From: Dendrobates tinctorius | Lineage: Eukaryota | Length of the DNA: 64,000 bases | Assembly (NCBI RefSeq): GCF_039654945.1 | Contig: NW_027361957.1 | Coordinates: forward strand, 1,302,001 to 1,366,000 | Reading direction: 5' to 3' | Shown here: positions 27,761-41,700 of the stretch, piece by piece | Layout: every line of letters begins with the position of its first letter | Position numbering within the stretch: the stretch's first letter is position 1 | Translations under genes and position numbers: made by a program | The notes under the pieces: model-generated | Told to the model about the DNA's origin: nothing | Seen by the model: only the letters and a program-made list of their open reading frames with translations | The model's database searches: none

Positions 27761-28374
27761 ACAGTACATATAACATAGAGTAACATACTTACCAATACTT
27801 GTCACATTGTTCCCCGAAGCCATTGTCTATTCCGGGATAAATATTAACATAACAAACCACAAAAATACTCACCCACGATCCGAAGCAGTCCACGAGTGTG
27901 TCCCACGACGATCTTGGGTAGAGAACTGCAGCATCAGATGATGCTGCCGTTCTCTACGGGCTGCAGGAATCCAATGACGGAAGGTAGGTATCCTTCCGCA
28001 CTGTATTCCTCCGCCACTTAAAAAAAAAAAGTCCCTAGTCTCACTTTATGCCATTGCTGTGTGGGAATTTCCCACACAGCAATGGCATAAAGTGAGACTA
28101 GGGACTTTTTTTTTTTAAGTGGCGGAGGAATACAGTGCGGAAGGATACCTACCTTCCGTCATTGGATTCCTGCAGCCCGTAGAGAACGGCAGCATCATCT
28201 GATGCTGCAGTTCTCTACCCAAGATCGTCGTGGGACACACTCGTGGACGGCTTCGGATCGTGGGTGAGTATTTTTGTGGTTTGTTATGTTAATATTTATC
28301 CCGGAATAGACAATGGCTTCGGGGAACAATGTGACAAGTATTGGTAAGTATGTTACTCTATGTTATATGTACTG

Positions 28375-29311
28375 TATGTCTATGTATGTATTGTATGAAT
28401 GTATTGTATGTATGTAGTATATATGTGGTATGTATGTAGCATGTAGTATGTATGTGGTATGTATGTAGCATGCATGTAGTATGTATGTAGCATGCATGTA
28501 GTATGTATGTAGCATGCATGTTGTATGTATGTAGTATGTATGTAGTATGTATGTAGCATGTATGTAGCATGCAGTATGTATGTAGCATGTATGTAGTATG
28601 TATGTAGTATATATGTAGTATGTATGTAGCATGTAGTATGTATGTAGCATGCATGTAGTATATATGTAGTATGTATGTAGCATGCATGTAGCATGTATGT
28701 AGTATGTAGGTAGTATGTATGTAGCATGCAGCATGTATGTAGTATATATGTAGTATGTATGTAGCATGCATGTAGTATGTATGTAGTATGTATGTATGTA
28801 GCATGCTGTATGTATGTAGCATGTATGTAGTATGTATGTAGTATATATGTAGTATGTATGTAGCATGCATGTAGTATGTATGTAGTATGTATGTAGCATG
28901 CAGTATGTATGTAGCATGTATGTAGTATGTATGTAGTATATATGTAGTATGTATGTAGCATGTAGTATGTATGTAGCATGCATGTAGTATATATGTAGTA
29001 TGTATGTAGCATGCATGTAGCATGTATGTAGTATGTATGTAGTATGTATGTAGCATGCAGCATGTATGTAGTATATATGTAGTATGTATGTAGCATGCAT
29101 GTAGTATGTATGTAGTATGTATGTATGTAGCATGCAGTATGTATGTAGCATGTATGTAGTATGTATGTAGTATATATGTAGTATGTATGCAGCATGCATG
29201 TAGTATGTATGTAGTATGTATGTAGCATGCAGTATGTATGTAGCATGTATGTAGTATGTATGTAGCATGCATGTAGTATGTATGTAGCATGCATGTAGTA
29301 TGTATGTAGTA
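28375..29311. repeat. Compound TGTA/GTA/TGCA satellite, right arm of copy 1
   Basis: Reverse complement of the left array, slightly longer. Confidence 0.95.
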
Positions 29312-30597
29312 TTTTTTTTTTTTTTTTTATTTTTTTTTTTAACATTTAACACATTAGCCGGATGATGGGACTACTACTGTCCCATCATTGGCTAATGTGT
29401 CAATCACTGTCATGGTAGCAGGCATCGCCCGATGGGACTTGTAGTCCCATCGGACGATGCCTGCACAGACCCCCGGAGCCTGCACAGACCACCGGCAGGC
29501 CGGCACAGCCCCCCGGCAGGCCGGCACAGCCCCCCGGAGCCTGCACAGCCCCCCGGCAGGCCGGCACAGCCCCCCGGCAGGCCGGCACAGCCCCCCGGAG
29601 CCTGCACAGACCACCGGCAGGCCGGCACAGCCCACCGGAGCCTGCACAGACCCCCTGGCAGGCCGGCACAGCCCCCCGAAAGGCCCGTACAGACCCCAGA
29701 GAGGCTGTACAAGGGCAGGAAAGGGTTTTTCTTATTCCGATACCGGAAGTCCCATAGACTTGAATGGGACTTCCGGTATCGGAATCGGCGATACCGATAC
29801 TTTTTTTAAAGATCGGCCGATACCATCCGATACGATACTTTGAAGTATCGGACGGTATCGCTCAACTCTACTGTTAATTAAATCATGCTGTTATGGTAGT
29901 AATATTTTTTGTAATGGCTGGCAATTTTTTAAATAGACTATCTATACTAAATAGTGAATCTTACTACAGATGGGCGGACCCATGGATGTTCGGGTCCGGC
30001 GGAATAATTAAAAAAAGTTCGAGTTTGGTTACCAGAACAGTACCAAGACCCAAACCAGGACCCCATTCACTTAAATGGGGGATCAAAGATTGTTGTTTGC
30101 CATGCTGTCATGTGCATGACAGAGGGCAAACACTGCTTGTGATCTGTGGTAAAATCATTACCACAGGTCATATAGCCGCAGTTCCCATGGTGTCAAATGA
30201 CAGCGTGAGCCCGAAACTGTGATCAGAAGTATAAAGTTTATCAGCCAGCCAGGCAAAACTGACAGCTGGGAGCTGCAAACCTCAGCTGTTAGTGTTAGCA
30301 AAGCTTGTTATCAAGAATAGAGGGGTAACCTTGCTGTTTTTTTTAATTAATTAAATAAATAATTAAAAAAATGAAGTGGGGTCTTTTCATTTTTGCCAAC
30401 CAGACTTGGCAAAGCAGATTGCTGTGTGCTGGTATTTTTTAAATGATATATTTAGAGCGTAGGCACCAGCTGATGAATACTCCCATCAGTAACCTCCTGC
30501 TCTCATTATTATTAGTGGCAGCAGGCATAGTCTGATGTGAGCTGTGGTCCCATCAGATAGTGCCAGTGACCGGAGGTAAACTTTATACCTCCGATTA

Positions 30598-32546
30598 CAC
30601 CTCACAACAAATTTCAGTGAAGTGCTTGTTCCCTGAGAAAATTTTATTGTATCTTATAGATTTTGATATGCTGAACACAAATGTGTGGTCCAAAAGTCTG
30701 TATCATGTAAGATTTTTAAGAAACAACAGTTTATAGTCTACATTATGATGTCCGAGACATTACATACATGTTAATCAATGTCAGTAGCCAAAGCAATTGT
30801 TCAAAAGTGTTTTGCAGATGACTTTCATTTATAATCTGTGTCAGATACTTCTTGAATAAGATTCCAGCAATAGTCAGCCAGCATTGATGTACTCCACTTT
30901 CCCTGGTACCTTTATTCCATCAGCGCAATGCCTTGGTGAAATCTTTCACTGTGTTCATCGCTAACAGCACCAAGGTTGGCTAGAAAAAAGTCCAAGTGAG
31001 AATGTAGAAAATGCATTTTTAATGACATATTGCATTTCCTCAAATGATATGCTGCGAGCATGTTGTTAGCGAGTTTTTCAAAGTTCAGTGCCATGCTGTT
31101 GCCAAGGAAGTTGAAGGTCACATCTTTAAAGGCTCTCCATGCCACTTGTTCAACACCTTGCAAAAGACCATCAAAGCTACTGTCATTTATTATATCTCTG
31201 ATCTGTGGGCCAATAAAAATACCTTCTTTAATCTTTGCATCACTTATTCTTGGAAATTTCTGTCGCAAGTAAGAAAAGGCTTCTGATTCTTTGTTCATTG
31301 CTTTGATAAAATTCTTCATAAGCCCAAATTTAATATGCAAAGGAAGGAGAAATATCTTTGCTGGATCAACGAGAGGATTATATTTAACAGTCTTCTGTCC
31401 AGCAACTAGGTTTTCAAGGAGTGCCCAGTCCTTTCTGAAATAGTGCATTTCTCGTGCACGACTGTCCCACTTACAAATAAAACAACAATACTTGGTATAT
31501 CCAAGCTGCAGTCCAAGAAGAAGTGCAATAACTTTTAGTTCACCACATATGTTTCAGTTATAATTTCTATAATTAATGGGTGTCATACATTTATTTCATG
31601 TGTACGGTATGTCCAATAGGTATAGAAGGATAGATATTTCCATTGTGTAGTAAAACAGCCTTCAGACTTAAAACTGACGAGTCAATGAACAGTTGCCATT
31701 CCTTCGGGTCATGTTCGCATCCAAGAGCACGAAACAACCCCAAAACATCGTTGCAAAAGGTTAAACTGTCGACATGGTTGAAAAATTGATTAAGGTCTTC
31801 TTGACGAATGCGAAAAACAGAAACTCTTGTTCCTGGAAATAAGAGATTCTGTTCTTGTAGCCTTGATCCCAATAATTCTGCCTGCCTCTTTGGCAATTTC
31901 AAATGTTTGACCAAGTCTCTCAGATCAGCTTCACTGAACAGATATGGATTATATGTAGAAGGCTCAAAGTCTGTGTCTGCAGCAGTTAATTTTCCACTGA
32001 CATTGTTAGTTCATCTTTGTCATCCTCCATTGTCCATACTTTGGGCATCTTTGGAACATGAAGAATTTCTTCGTGTGACACTGGTCTTAAGGCTGAAGGA
32101 AGATTAGGATATTCTATTGATTTATTATTCTTTGCTGAATATCCTGTTACATTTGTAAGGCAGAAGTAGAAATGTTTTTATGATCTCTCAGCCATGATCT
32201 AAGTATGTCAGTATTGTCTTTTGATTCCTCCCTTACTCATGAAATGTGGTATGCTCCATATACGGTCAGCCAAACGATTCACTGCTCCTGCGCAGAATTC
32301 GCATAAGTGCTTGCATATATGTATATCAGCAATTTGTTATTTCAGTGGAAAATTCAGAATATACTGTTTCAGAAAAAGTCCGTAAATGAGTTTCTAGAAT
32401 TATAACAGGATATTATAATGTTTCATATCATTTCTCAAAAACCTTACGTGATAGGAAAAATCTGAAGTCATTTCTGTAATCAGCATGAAAAAATCTATCG
32501 CATACATTCAAAATTGTTCTATGGACAAAACCTTAGTAGTACAGTG
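30598..32546 (-). mobile_element. Chapaev3-type (CMC superfamily) DNA transposon
   Basis: TTA|CAC ... CAGTG|TTA termini (3-bp TSD); transposase motifs listed in the next feature. Confidence 0.75.
30830..32200 (-). pseudogene. Chapaev3-type transposase pseudogene
   Basis: WQLFIDSS..LKAVLLHNGN, ICGELKV, GYTKYCCFICKWDSR, PLHIKFGLMKNF, KIKEGIFIGPQIR, KMHFLHSHLDFF..SDEHSERFHQ; stops and frameshifts. Confidence 0.78.
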
Positions 32547-34744
32547 TTACATCTGCACACACACGCTGCCATTTGATGCGCTGTCATGAAAATGACAGCA
32601 TGAAAAACAACCGGTGTTTGGGGGGCCGAACCTGGAGAGTAACAGTAGTGTTCAGTACAGATGCCAAACTTTACTGTTCGGGTTTGCCCATCTCTAACTC
32701 TTACGATTAAGTAGAGTCTATTTTTCTACAAGATCTATTAATTAATAAAACATAATTACACAATATACAATCAGTTCACTAAGACCCTTATATAATTGTT
32801 CACCCTCTAAATAATAGTTTCACAATTAATCTTTGTAAAAGATTAACATTTGTCTAAAGAAAAAATATTTATTTTAAATTGATAAGTTCACTGTATGGGG
32901 GAAAGTATTGAAACATATACATCCAGTATTACACCTAGTAGATCATTTATGACTTGTCACAGGATTAGGTTCTCACTTTGCAGGTGAAAACACTTCCATG
33001 CTTTAGGTAGGGCTTTTTATATCACTTTGGAGAGTGTCTGTTAGAATTTTTGACAATTTTTCAAGGAGATCATGCTGGATATTGAAACATAACCCATCAC
33101 TCCACAGAAAACATCTTTCTACTCATCAACAGCTCAGTTATTGTGTGGTTTACACCACTTCATCCAACCCATAGCATTGTGATTTGTGATAAAAGGCTTC
33201 TATACAGCTGCTCAGCCAAAAAAAAAGTCATGTATCTGCCAGGGCACATTTTTGTGTAATGTTAAAGAGTTTGTCAACTACTTGTCCCTTGAGTGAAAAA
33301 AAAATAACATGCAATCATCTCCTGCACTAATGCCATTCCGGAAAGGTTGGTGCCTGGTCTCCCAGCGCTCTTATGACATTGGTTTCCAACGTTAGTGTCA
33401 TAGACCTGCCACTGAAATCTATGCACTAACTACTGTAAAGGTGAGGAATTCATTAATTTTTCATATACAGTATATGGGGGGGCTACAGCATTTAAGAAGG
33501 GTTTTCACAAATTCTGCATTACTAATTAAATGCCAGAGATGGTTTGAACTCTGCAGTTATTGTACTGCTTAGCCTTTACATCTTTACTGCACTATGACAG
33601 CAGCAATCATTGATTGTAACTTTGTCACTGAGTTGATTTAGCTCCTATGTGCTTCCACTTTTAAATAATACCACTCCCAATTGATTGTGGAATATATACA
33701 GTTGTGGCCAAAAGTATTGACACCCCTGCAATTTTGTCAGATAATACCCAGTTTCTTCCTGAAAATGATTGCAAACACAAATTCTTTGGTATTATTATCT
33801 TCATTTAATTTGTCTTAAATAAAAAAACACAAAAGAGAATGAAGCAAAACATTGATCATTTCACACAAAACTCCAAAAATGGGCCAGACAAAAGTATTGG
33901 CACCCTCAGCCTAATACTTGGTTGCACAACCTTTAGCCAAAATAACTGCGACCAACCGCTTCCGGTAACCATCAATGAGTTTCTTACAATTTTGTGCTGG
34001 AATTTTAGACCATTCTTCTTTGGCAAACTGCTCCAGGTCCCTGATATTAGAAGGGTGCCTTCTCCAAACTGCCATTTTTAGATCTCTCCACAGGTGTTCT
34101 ATGGGATTCAGATCTTGACTCATTGCTGGCCACCTGTCACGTGGGGCTTAGTCCCACTAAGGCTGTAATACCCGGGGGCCCTGTGATGTCCCTATAACTA
34201 GGGAAAACCCTGTCTGACCCTCAACCCAGGGTTTTTGCTGATGGTGCAAATGCCTGAGCCTCCAACCTTTCCTTGTCTCCTGCTCAGCCCTGCACTTAAC
34301 CCTCCACCCTCCACTCAGTGAGGAGACACACCACCAAAGCCCCCACACAAATAAAGACAGACAGGGAGAACTTAAACTGCACTGCGCCACACACACACAG
34401 GAATATACAGTAATGTGAACAGGGCACAACTAAACACAAATATGGGAAGGAGAAAAGATAACGACGGATCATACGACACCAGATACGAATCTCTCTCTGC
34501 AACACCTCCACTCCAGACCGGAACCACTTGGTATGAAACACAAGCTATAATCGGCGACGCCCATAGGCCAGCATGACTATTTAAAGACCGTGGGCGTGAC
34601 TAACCATCCAACCTGGTCTCCAGCAGGATTAACCCCTGAGAGCCTGAAGATCAGGCCGGCGCCACTGAGGCTATAGTGGCTGGAGGTGGAACTACCTCTG
34701 CCTGCCGGACGCTGTGGTGTGAACAGCGTCCGACATGACACTAC

Positions 34745-37700
34745 CCCGTCTTCTACGAGGGACCTCTGGACCCTCAAGACTCATAGGACCCGGCTTGTCC
34801 GGATGACGACGGTGAAAAGAACTGACCAGCCGATCCGCATGTATGTCTGAGGCTGGAACCCAAGACCTCTCCTCCGGACCATACCCCCGCCAGTGCACCA
34901 AATACTGAAGAGTACGGTGTACTACTCAAGAGTCCACTACCTTGGCGACCTCAAATTCTAAATCGCCATCCACCATGACTGGAGGTGGCATCGGCATCAC
35001 GTCCACAGAGCCTACCACCTTTTTCAATAAAGCTCTGTGAAACACTTTGTGTATCTTGTACACCGCAGGAAGTTCCAACCGATACGCCACTGGGTTAATG
35101 ATGGCAGAAATCCTAAAAGGCCCAATAAACCTTGGACCCAGTTTTAAAGATGGAATTTTGAGTCTTATGTTCTTCGTAGCTAACCACACCCATTCACCCA
35201 CACACAGGTCCGGACCTGGCACACGTCTACTGTCAGCCACCCGTTTGTACCTGGCACTCATGCTCAACAAACGCTGTTTCACCCGCCTCCAGACTGATGA
35301 CAATTGGGCTCCTAGCTGATCCTCCTCCGGGACACCCCCCGAGTCACCCTGACGTAAGGTACAAAACTGAGGATGTTGACCGTACACACAAAAGAATGGA
35401 GACTCTCCCGATGACTCTTGGCGGTGATTATTTAACGCAAATTCAGCCAGAGGAAGGAAAGTAGACCACTCCTCCTGGTTGTCGGACACAAAGCATCGTA
35501 AATATTGTTCTAGATTTTGGTTCATGCACTCAGTTTGTCCATTAGACTGTGGATGAAACGCCGATGAATGTGACAACTTGATCCCCAAACGTGAGCAAAA
35601 AGCTTTCCAAAACCTCGCTACAAATTGCGTACCCCTATCAGATACTATGTCCGATGGTACTCCGTGGAGTCTGACCACCTCCTTCACAAATACCTGAGCC
35701 AACGTCTTAGCATTGGGCAACGAAGACAACGCCATAAAATGCGCCATCTTTGAAAAACGGTCAACCACCACCAGGATGACCGTGTTTCCCGCCGAGGCTG
35801 GCAAGTCAGTGATGAAATCCATGGAGATTTCTGTCCATGGCCTATTGGGTACCCCCAGAGGCTGTAGCATGCCAGCAGGACGGGTACGGGGTGACTTAGC
35901 CCTAGCGCACGTGATGCAAGCTGCCACGTATGAGACCACGTCCTGCCGGATTTTGGGCCACCAGAAACGACGCGATACCAGCTCTAAGGTGCCCCTCACC
36001 CCTGGATGACCAGCCAGTACCGAGTCGTGGTGTTCCTTCAACACCTTAAGCCGAAGATGCAGGGGTACAAATGATTTGTTGGCGGGAAGTCCTGGTGGTA
36101 CCTCCTCTTGGGCCTCGGCAATCTCCGCCTCTACCTCCGTCGTGAGAGCCGAGACCACTACCCCTTTCTGGAGGATGGGTACCGGCTCTTCCCGAGGTTC
36201 TCCCCCCGGAAAACACCTAGACAAAGCATCCGCCTTGGTGTTTTTAGCTCCGGGACAGTAAGTCACCAGAAAATTGAAACGAGTAAAAAACAATGCCCAG
36301 CGAGCCTGCCTAGGAGACAGACGCTTGGCCGACTCCAGATAGAGCAGATTCTTATGGTCGGTGATGACTGTGACCTGGTGAGCCGCCCCCTCCAAGAAGT
36401 GTCGCCATTCCTCAAAAGCCAGTTTGATGGCCAACAACTCCCTGTTGCCGATATCATAATTCCGTTCGGCCGGCGACAGCTTCTTGGAGAAGTAGGCGCA
36501 TGGATGCATCTCGCTCAAGGACGAGCCTTGAGACAGTACTGCCCCCACTCCCACCTCCGACGCATCAACCTCCACCACAAAAGGTTTAGACACGTCTGGT
36601 TGCACCAGAATGGGGGCAGAAGCAAAACTATTCTTCAGACGCTCAAAGGCACGTATAGCCACCTCAGGCCAGTTCGCCAGATCGGCACCCTTTTTTGTCA
36701 TGTCCGTGAGCGGTTTGGCGATAGTCGAAAAGTGTTTTATAAACTTCCTATAATAATTCGCAAACCCAAGGAACCGCTGGAGTGCTTTCAGACTCTCCGG
36801 CCTCTCCCACTGCAGCACCGCTTGCACCTTAGCCGTGTCCATTTTAAACCCGGCTGCGGACACACTATATCCCAAAAAAGGGCAACTCCTGGACAAAAAA
36901 TAAACATTTTTCCAGCTTAGCATAGAGCTGGTTCTCCCGGAGCAACTGTAACTCCTGCCTGACATGCTCCAAATGAGTGTCCCGATCGCTAGAATAAATG
37001 AGGATATCATCCAGGTATACAATCACAAATCTCCCCAGGACATGAGCAAATACATCATTAATAAAATGTTGGAAAACGGCAGGCGCGGTGGTCAACCCAA
37101 ACGGCATAACCAGACTCTCAAAATGACCCTCAGGAGTGTTAAACGCCATCTTCCACTCATCCCCCTGACGGACCCTTATGAGGTTATACGCCCCCTGAGG
37201 TCCAGCTTGGAAAACCATTTCGCCCCCGCTACCTGGTTGAACAAATCCGGGATTAACGGCATAGGGTAAGGATCACGGATAGTAATCTGGTTTAACTCTC
37301 GGAAATCCAGACATGGGCGCAACCCCCCATCTTTCTTCTTAATGAAGAAAAACCCCGCAGCTACAGGCGAGGACGAAGGCCGGATGTGTCCTTTGCTCAG
37401 ACTCTCCGCGATGTAGTCTTTCAGAGCTTGTCTCTCAGGACCAGAAATATAAAACATCCTGGCCTTAGGTAATTTGGCCCCGGGTTTTAACCTGATCGCA
37501 CAGTCATAGGCTCTATGTGGAGGCAGTTCTGAGCAACCCTTCTCAGAGAAAACATCTGCGAAATCCTGCAAAGCCTCCGGCAGGCTGGGCGTCACGGCAG
37601 ACACACATGTGGCCAAGCAATTGTCTTGGCAAAAACCACTCCATTGTACTATGTCCTGAGTTTTCCAATCAATTACTGGGTTGTGTCTGGACAACCATGG

Positions 37701-38060
37701 AAAACCCAGGACCATTTGTGCTGGGAGATTACGGAGGACCCTACATGTAACCGACTCAGAATGTAGGACCCCAATGTGGAGTTTCACCTCTGCCACAAAC
37801 TCCGTAATCTCCCCTTGAGGGAGGGGAACAGCATTAATGGTCACCACCTGTATGGGGTGAGGAAGTCTTTCAATCTTAAACCCGGCGGTGTGTGCAAACT
37901 CCTCATCTATGAGATTGGTGGCGGAACCGCTATCCACAAACACTGATATTGGTAGCTCTCTGCCCGCGATAATAACCTTGGCAGGGAGCATACATTGAGA
38001 TACCATCATGGAGGATATGCATACGCTCAGTTGGGTCTCCTCCATACCCTCTGAGCTTAA
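34745..38060 (-). pseudogene. Outer Gypsy pol (protease FVDSGS, RT YLDD, RNase H, integrase, GPF, chromodomain), frameshifted
   Basis: ORFs 37176-38045, 36865-37218, 34926-37022 and 34692-34901 tile a single pol. Confidence 0.93.
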
Positions 38061-38772
38061 CAGTTTTCCGCCAATGTGACCCTCTTAGGTAGTACCGGGC
38101 AAACGTTAATATAATGACCTCTTTTACCACAGTAGAAACATGCTCCGGGCTTCCGGAATCCCGGAGCGCGACGCTTAACCTGTGCCACGCCAGCAATCTG
38201 CATAAGTTCAGGGGACTCATCTACTTCAACCACACTTGCACCTCTGCTTTCCCCCAGAGGTAGCGTCTCCTGTGCCCCCTGACGAAAACGGCGATCAATA
38301 CGTATCACCAAACTCATGGCAGACTCCAACGATGCCGGAGTCTCATACATCAGGAGGGCCTGTTTAACCCTCCCTGACACCCCATGCATAAACTGGCTCC
38401 GCAGCGCTGGGTCATTCCACTGTGTGTCTACGGCCCAGCGGCGAAATTCCGAACAATAGTCCTCTGCCAAGCGCTCCCCCTGGCAGAGGGCGCGGATTTT
38501 AGATTCCGCTAGAGCCAGTCGGTCAGGATCATCATAAATGAGTCCGAGGGCAGAAAAAACATTATCAACAGAAAGAAATGTAGCAGAGTCAGCTGGTAAG
38601 GAAAATGCCCATGCTTGGGGGTCACCACTCAGTAATGACAACACCAGCCCTACCCGCTGGGCCTCATTACGTGCGGAGATAGGGCGCATGCGGAAGTATA
38701 ACTTGCAGGCCTCCCGAAATACGACAAATTTGCTGCGATCCCCTGAAAAACGTTCTGGCAGCGGAAACTTCG

Positions 38773-41700
38773 TGTCAAAGACACCGCACTACACTTGCTC
38801 ATAGAGCCAGTGCACGTGTCCTGAGTACAGAAGCAGTGCTAAGAGTTACCTGGGGAGCAGGGCAGCAGAGGTGACAAAGCGTGCTTCAAGCTAATAGTGT
38901 CAGGGTCAGAGAACTCAGATTATGGCAAAGTAGAAGTCATGCACAGTACAGACCAGCGAGGTACAGGAGAGATAAACAGATGGGAGGTCAGACAAAGCCA
39001 AAGGTCATACACAGGATCACAGTACAGTACCAGGGAGGAGACAGAGCGGATAATCAGGGCCAAGCAGAGATCAAAGCCAAACAGACATATAAGGTACCAG
39101 GCAGAATCCAAAGCGATATCCAGGGAACACACCGAGTCATACACAGAGAATCAAGTAACCAGAACACAGCACTAACACACTCAGGGGTCACCACACAATG
39201 CCAAGGGCGAAAGTATAACTGACAGGGATGGGAGCGTCCTGAGGCTATAAGAAACCTCCCCCAGAACCAGGGAGAGGCCACAATCACAGCCCCAGGTGTG
39301 CAGGTAAGCCTGCACCAGGATCACAACCTTTAACCCCAGAAATGCCAGTCATCAGCACTGGTTCCAAACATTAACCCCACGTGTGCGAGTCAAACCCGCA
39401 CTGAGATCATGACAGTACCCCCCTCTCAACGGGGGGCCTCTGGACCCCCAGGCTTGCCCGGGTACTTAGCATGGAAAGCCCGCACCAGGCGATCAGCATG
39501 CATCAACCGGGCTGGTACCCAGGACCTGTCCTCTGGTCCATACCCTTTCCAATGAACCAGGTACTGTACCGACCGCCGTACCAACCTGGAATCTACGATA
39601 TGACCAACCTCGTACTCCACCTGCCCCTCGACCAAAACCGGAGGAGCAGCAGACTCGGAGTCTCCCCGTACTGCTTCAAAAGGTTTCAGTAGAGATTTGT
39701 GGAAGACGTTAGGGATCTTGAAAGAGGGTGGAAGGCACAGCCTATACGCCACTGGATTGATTTTTTCCACAATCTTGTACGGGCCAATGAATTTGGGTCC
39801 CAACTTGGCTGACGGAATCTTTAACTTAATGTTTCGCGTGGAGAGCCAAACTTTCTCTCCCACCCGAAACATGGGACCAGGTGTTCGTTTCCTGTCCGCG
39901 AAAAACTTATACCTGCCTTGAGACCTAGATATACGCCGCTGGGCTTCTGCCCATGTATCTTTTAACCGCTGAACAGAATCCTCAGCCCCGGGACACCCCG
40001 AATCCAGACGAGAAAACTCACCAAAATGAGGACTGAACCCATAGTTAATCAAGAAAGGGGACCTACCAGTGGATTGACTCACCCGACTATTGAAGGCAAA
40101 TTCAGCCAACGGCAGTGCATCGCACCAGTCATTCTGTCTAGCAGAGGTTAGACACCTGAGGATCTGTTCCAGGGACTGGTTAGTGCGCTCCGTCTGCCCA
40201 TTGCTCTCAGGATGGTATGCAGACGAAAAGGACAGAGACATACCTAATTTTTTGCAGAAAACACGCCAAAACTTAGCCACAAACTGCACACCACGATCAG
40301 ACACCACATTCAGGGGTACCCCATGCAACCGGATCACATGCTGCACAAACAACCTGGACAACGTCTCAGCTGACGGTAGTGCGGACAGGGGTACGAAATG
40401 AGCCTGCTTAGAAAACCTGTCCACCACTACCCATACCACTGTATTACCCTTAGATGGAGGGAGATTGGTAACAAAATCCATGGATAAATGAGTCCATGGC
40501 CTTTCGGGCACTGCCAAGGGTATCAGCTCCCCTGCCGGCCGGCTATGAGAGATTTTAGAACGAGCGCAGACCCCACAACCAGCAATGAATTTTTTTATGT
40601 CCGAACCAAGGGTAGGCCACCAAAAGATCCTAGCCACCGCCAGACGTGTGGCTGAAATACCAGGGTGAGCACTCAGCTTGGATTCATGGAACTCCTGCAA
40701 GAGTTTCAGGCGAAGTTGCTCTGGGACAAACAACTTCCCCTCCGGCTTGGCCGCCGAGGCCTGCGACTGGGCCCCCAGAATCTCCCGTTCCAATTCAGAT
40801 GAGACCTCTGCTATCACAACCCCAGGGTGAAGAATGGAGGACGGTGGCTCAGGGGGCGACACAGGCTGAAAACTGCGTGATAAGGCGTCAGCCTTGACAT
40901 TCTTAGACCCTGGACGAAATGTAATCGTAAACTGAAAACGGGAAAAAAAAAGTGACCAACGGGCCTGTCTGGGCGTTAGTCTTTTAGCAGACTCAATGTA
41001 CGACAGATTTTTGTGATCCGTGATCACCGTAACCGGGTGACTGGCCCCCTCCAAAAAGTGCCTCCATTCTTCAAACACCAATTTGACCGCAAGAAGCTCT
41101 CTATTGCCTACGTCGTAATTTCTTTCCGCAGCAGAGAACTTCTTGGAAAAGAAAGCACATGGCCTGAGGTTGGTTAGAGTGGCAGGCCCTTGGGACAACA
41201 CCGCCCCCACCCCCACCTCAGAGGCGTCCACTTCCACGACGAATGGTTTGGACGGATCTGGCTGCACTAACACAGGAGCAGACATAAAACATTTTTTCAG
41301 CGTTGCAAAGGCCTCTTTTGCGAGCGAGGACCAATTTCTCACATCCGCACCTTTGCATGTTAGATCCGTGAGAGGTTTGACCACTTGCGAAAACCCCCGG
41401 ATAAACTTGCGGTAATAATTGGTGAACCCCAAGAAGCGCTGAAGACCCTTAAGATCTCGGGGTTGCACCCAATCCGCAATGGCCTGCACCTTCTTGGGGT
41501 CCATGCGAAAACCCTCACCGGATACAATTAACCCCAAAAAGGACAACTCTTGTACACAGAATACACATTTCTCCAATTTGGCATACAAATGATTTTCTCT
41601 AAGCCTTTGGAGCACAGTTCGTACATGTTCCAAATGAGAATACTTGTCGGGGGAATATATCAAAATATCATCTAAGTAGATAACGACAAAATGACCAATG

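Larger units (their letters stand above)
26342..29870. mobile_element. Non-autonomous hAT element with a giant internal palindrome (copy 1)
   Basis: TIR TAGTGTTGAGC / GCTCAACTCTA; 8-bp TSD CTGTTAAT; CCGATAC subterminal repeats; inverted arms centred on 28068. Confidence 0.93.
29965..32696. mobile_element. Non-autonomous hAT element interrupted by Chapaev3
   Basis: Ends TACAGATGGGCG / GCCCATCTCTA; TSD AATCTTAC / ACTCTTAC (7 of 8 match). Confidence 0.75.

Noticed and set aside
26846-29352. 300-aa His/Thr/Tyr-rich ORFs (also at 48359-50452)
   Set aside because: By-product of a stop-free satellite: open in all three frames, variable in length and inside a non-autonomous transposon
26342-29870. 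Palindrome as a pure assembly or fold-back artefact
   Set aside because: Distinct left and right termini, a proper TSD, arm length differences and an independent second copy argue that it is real; read-level confirmation is still advisable
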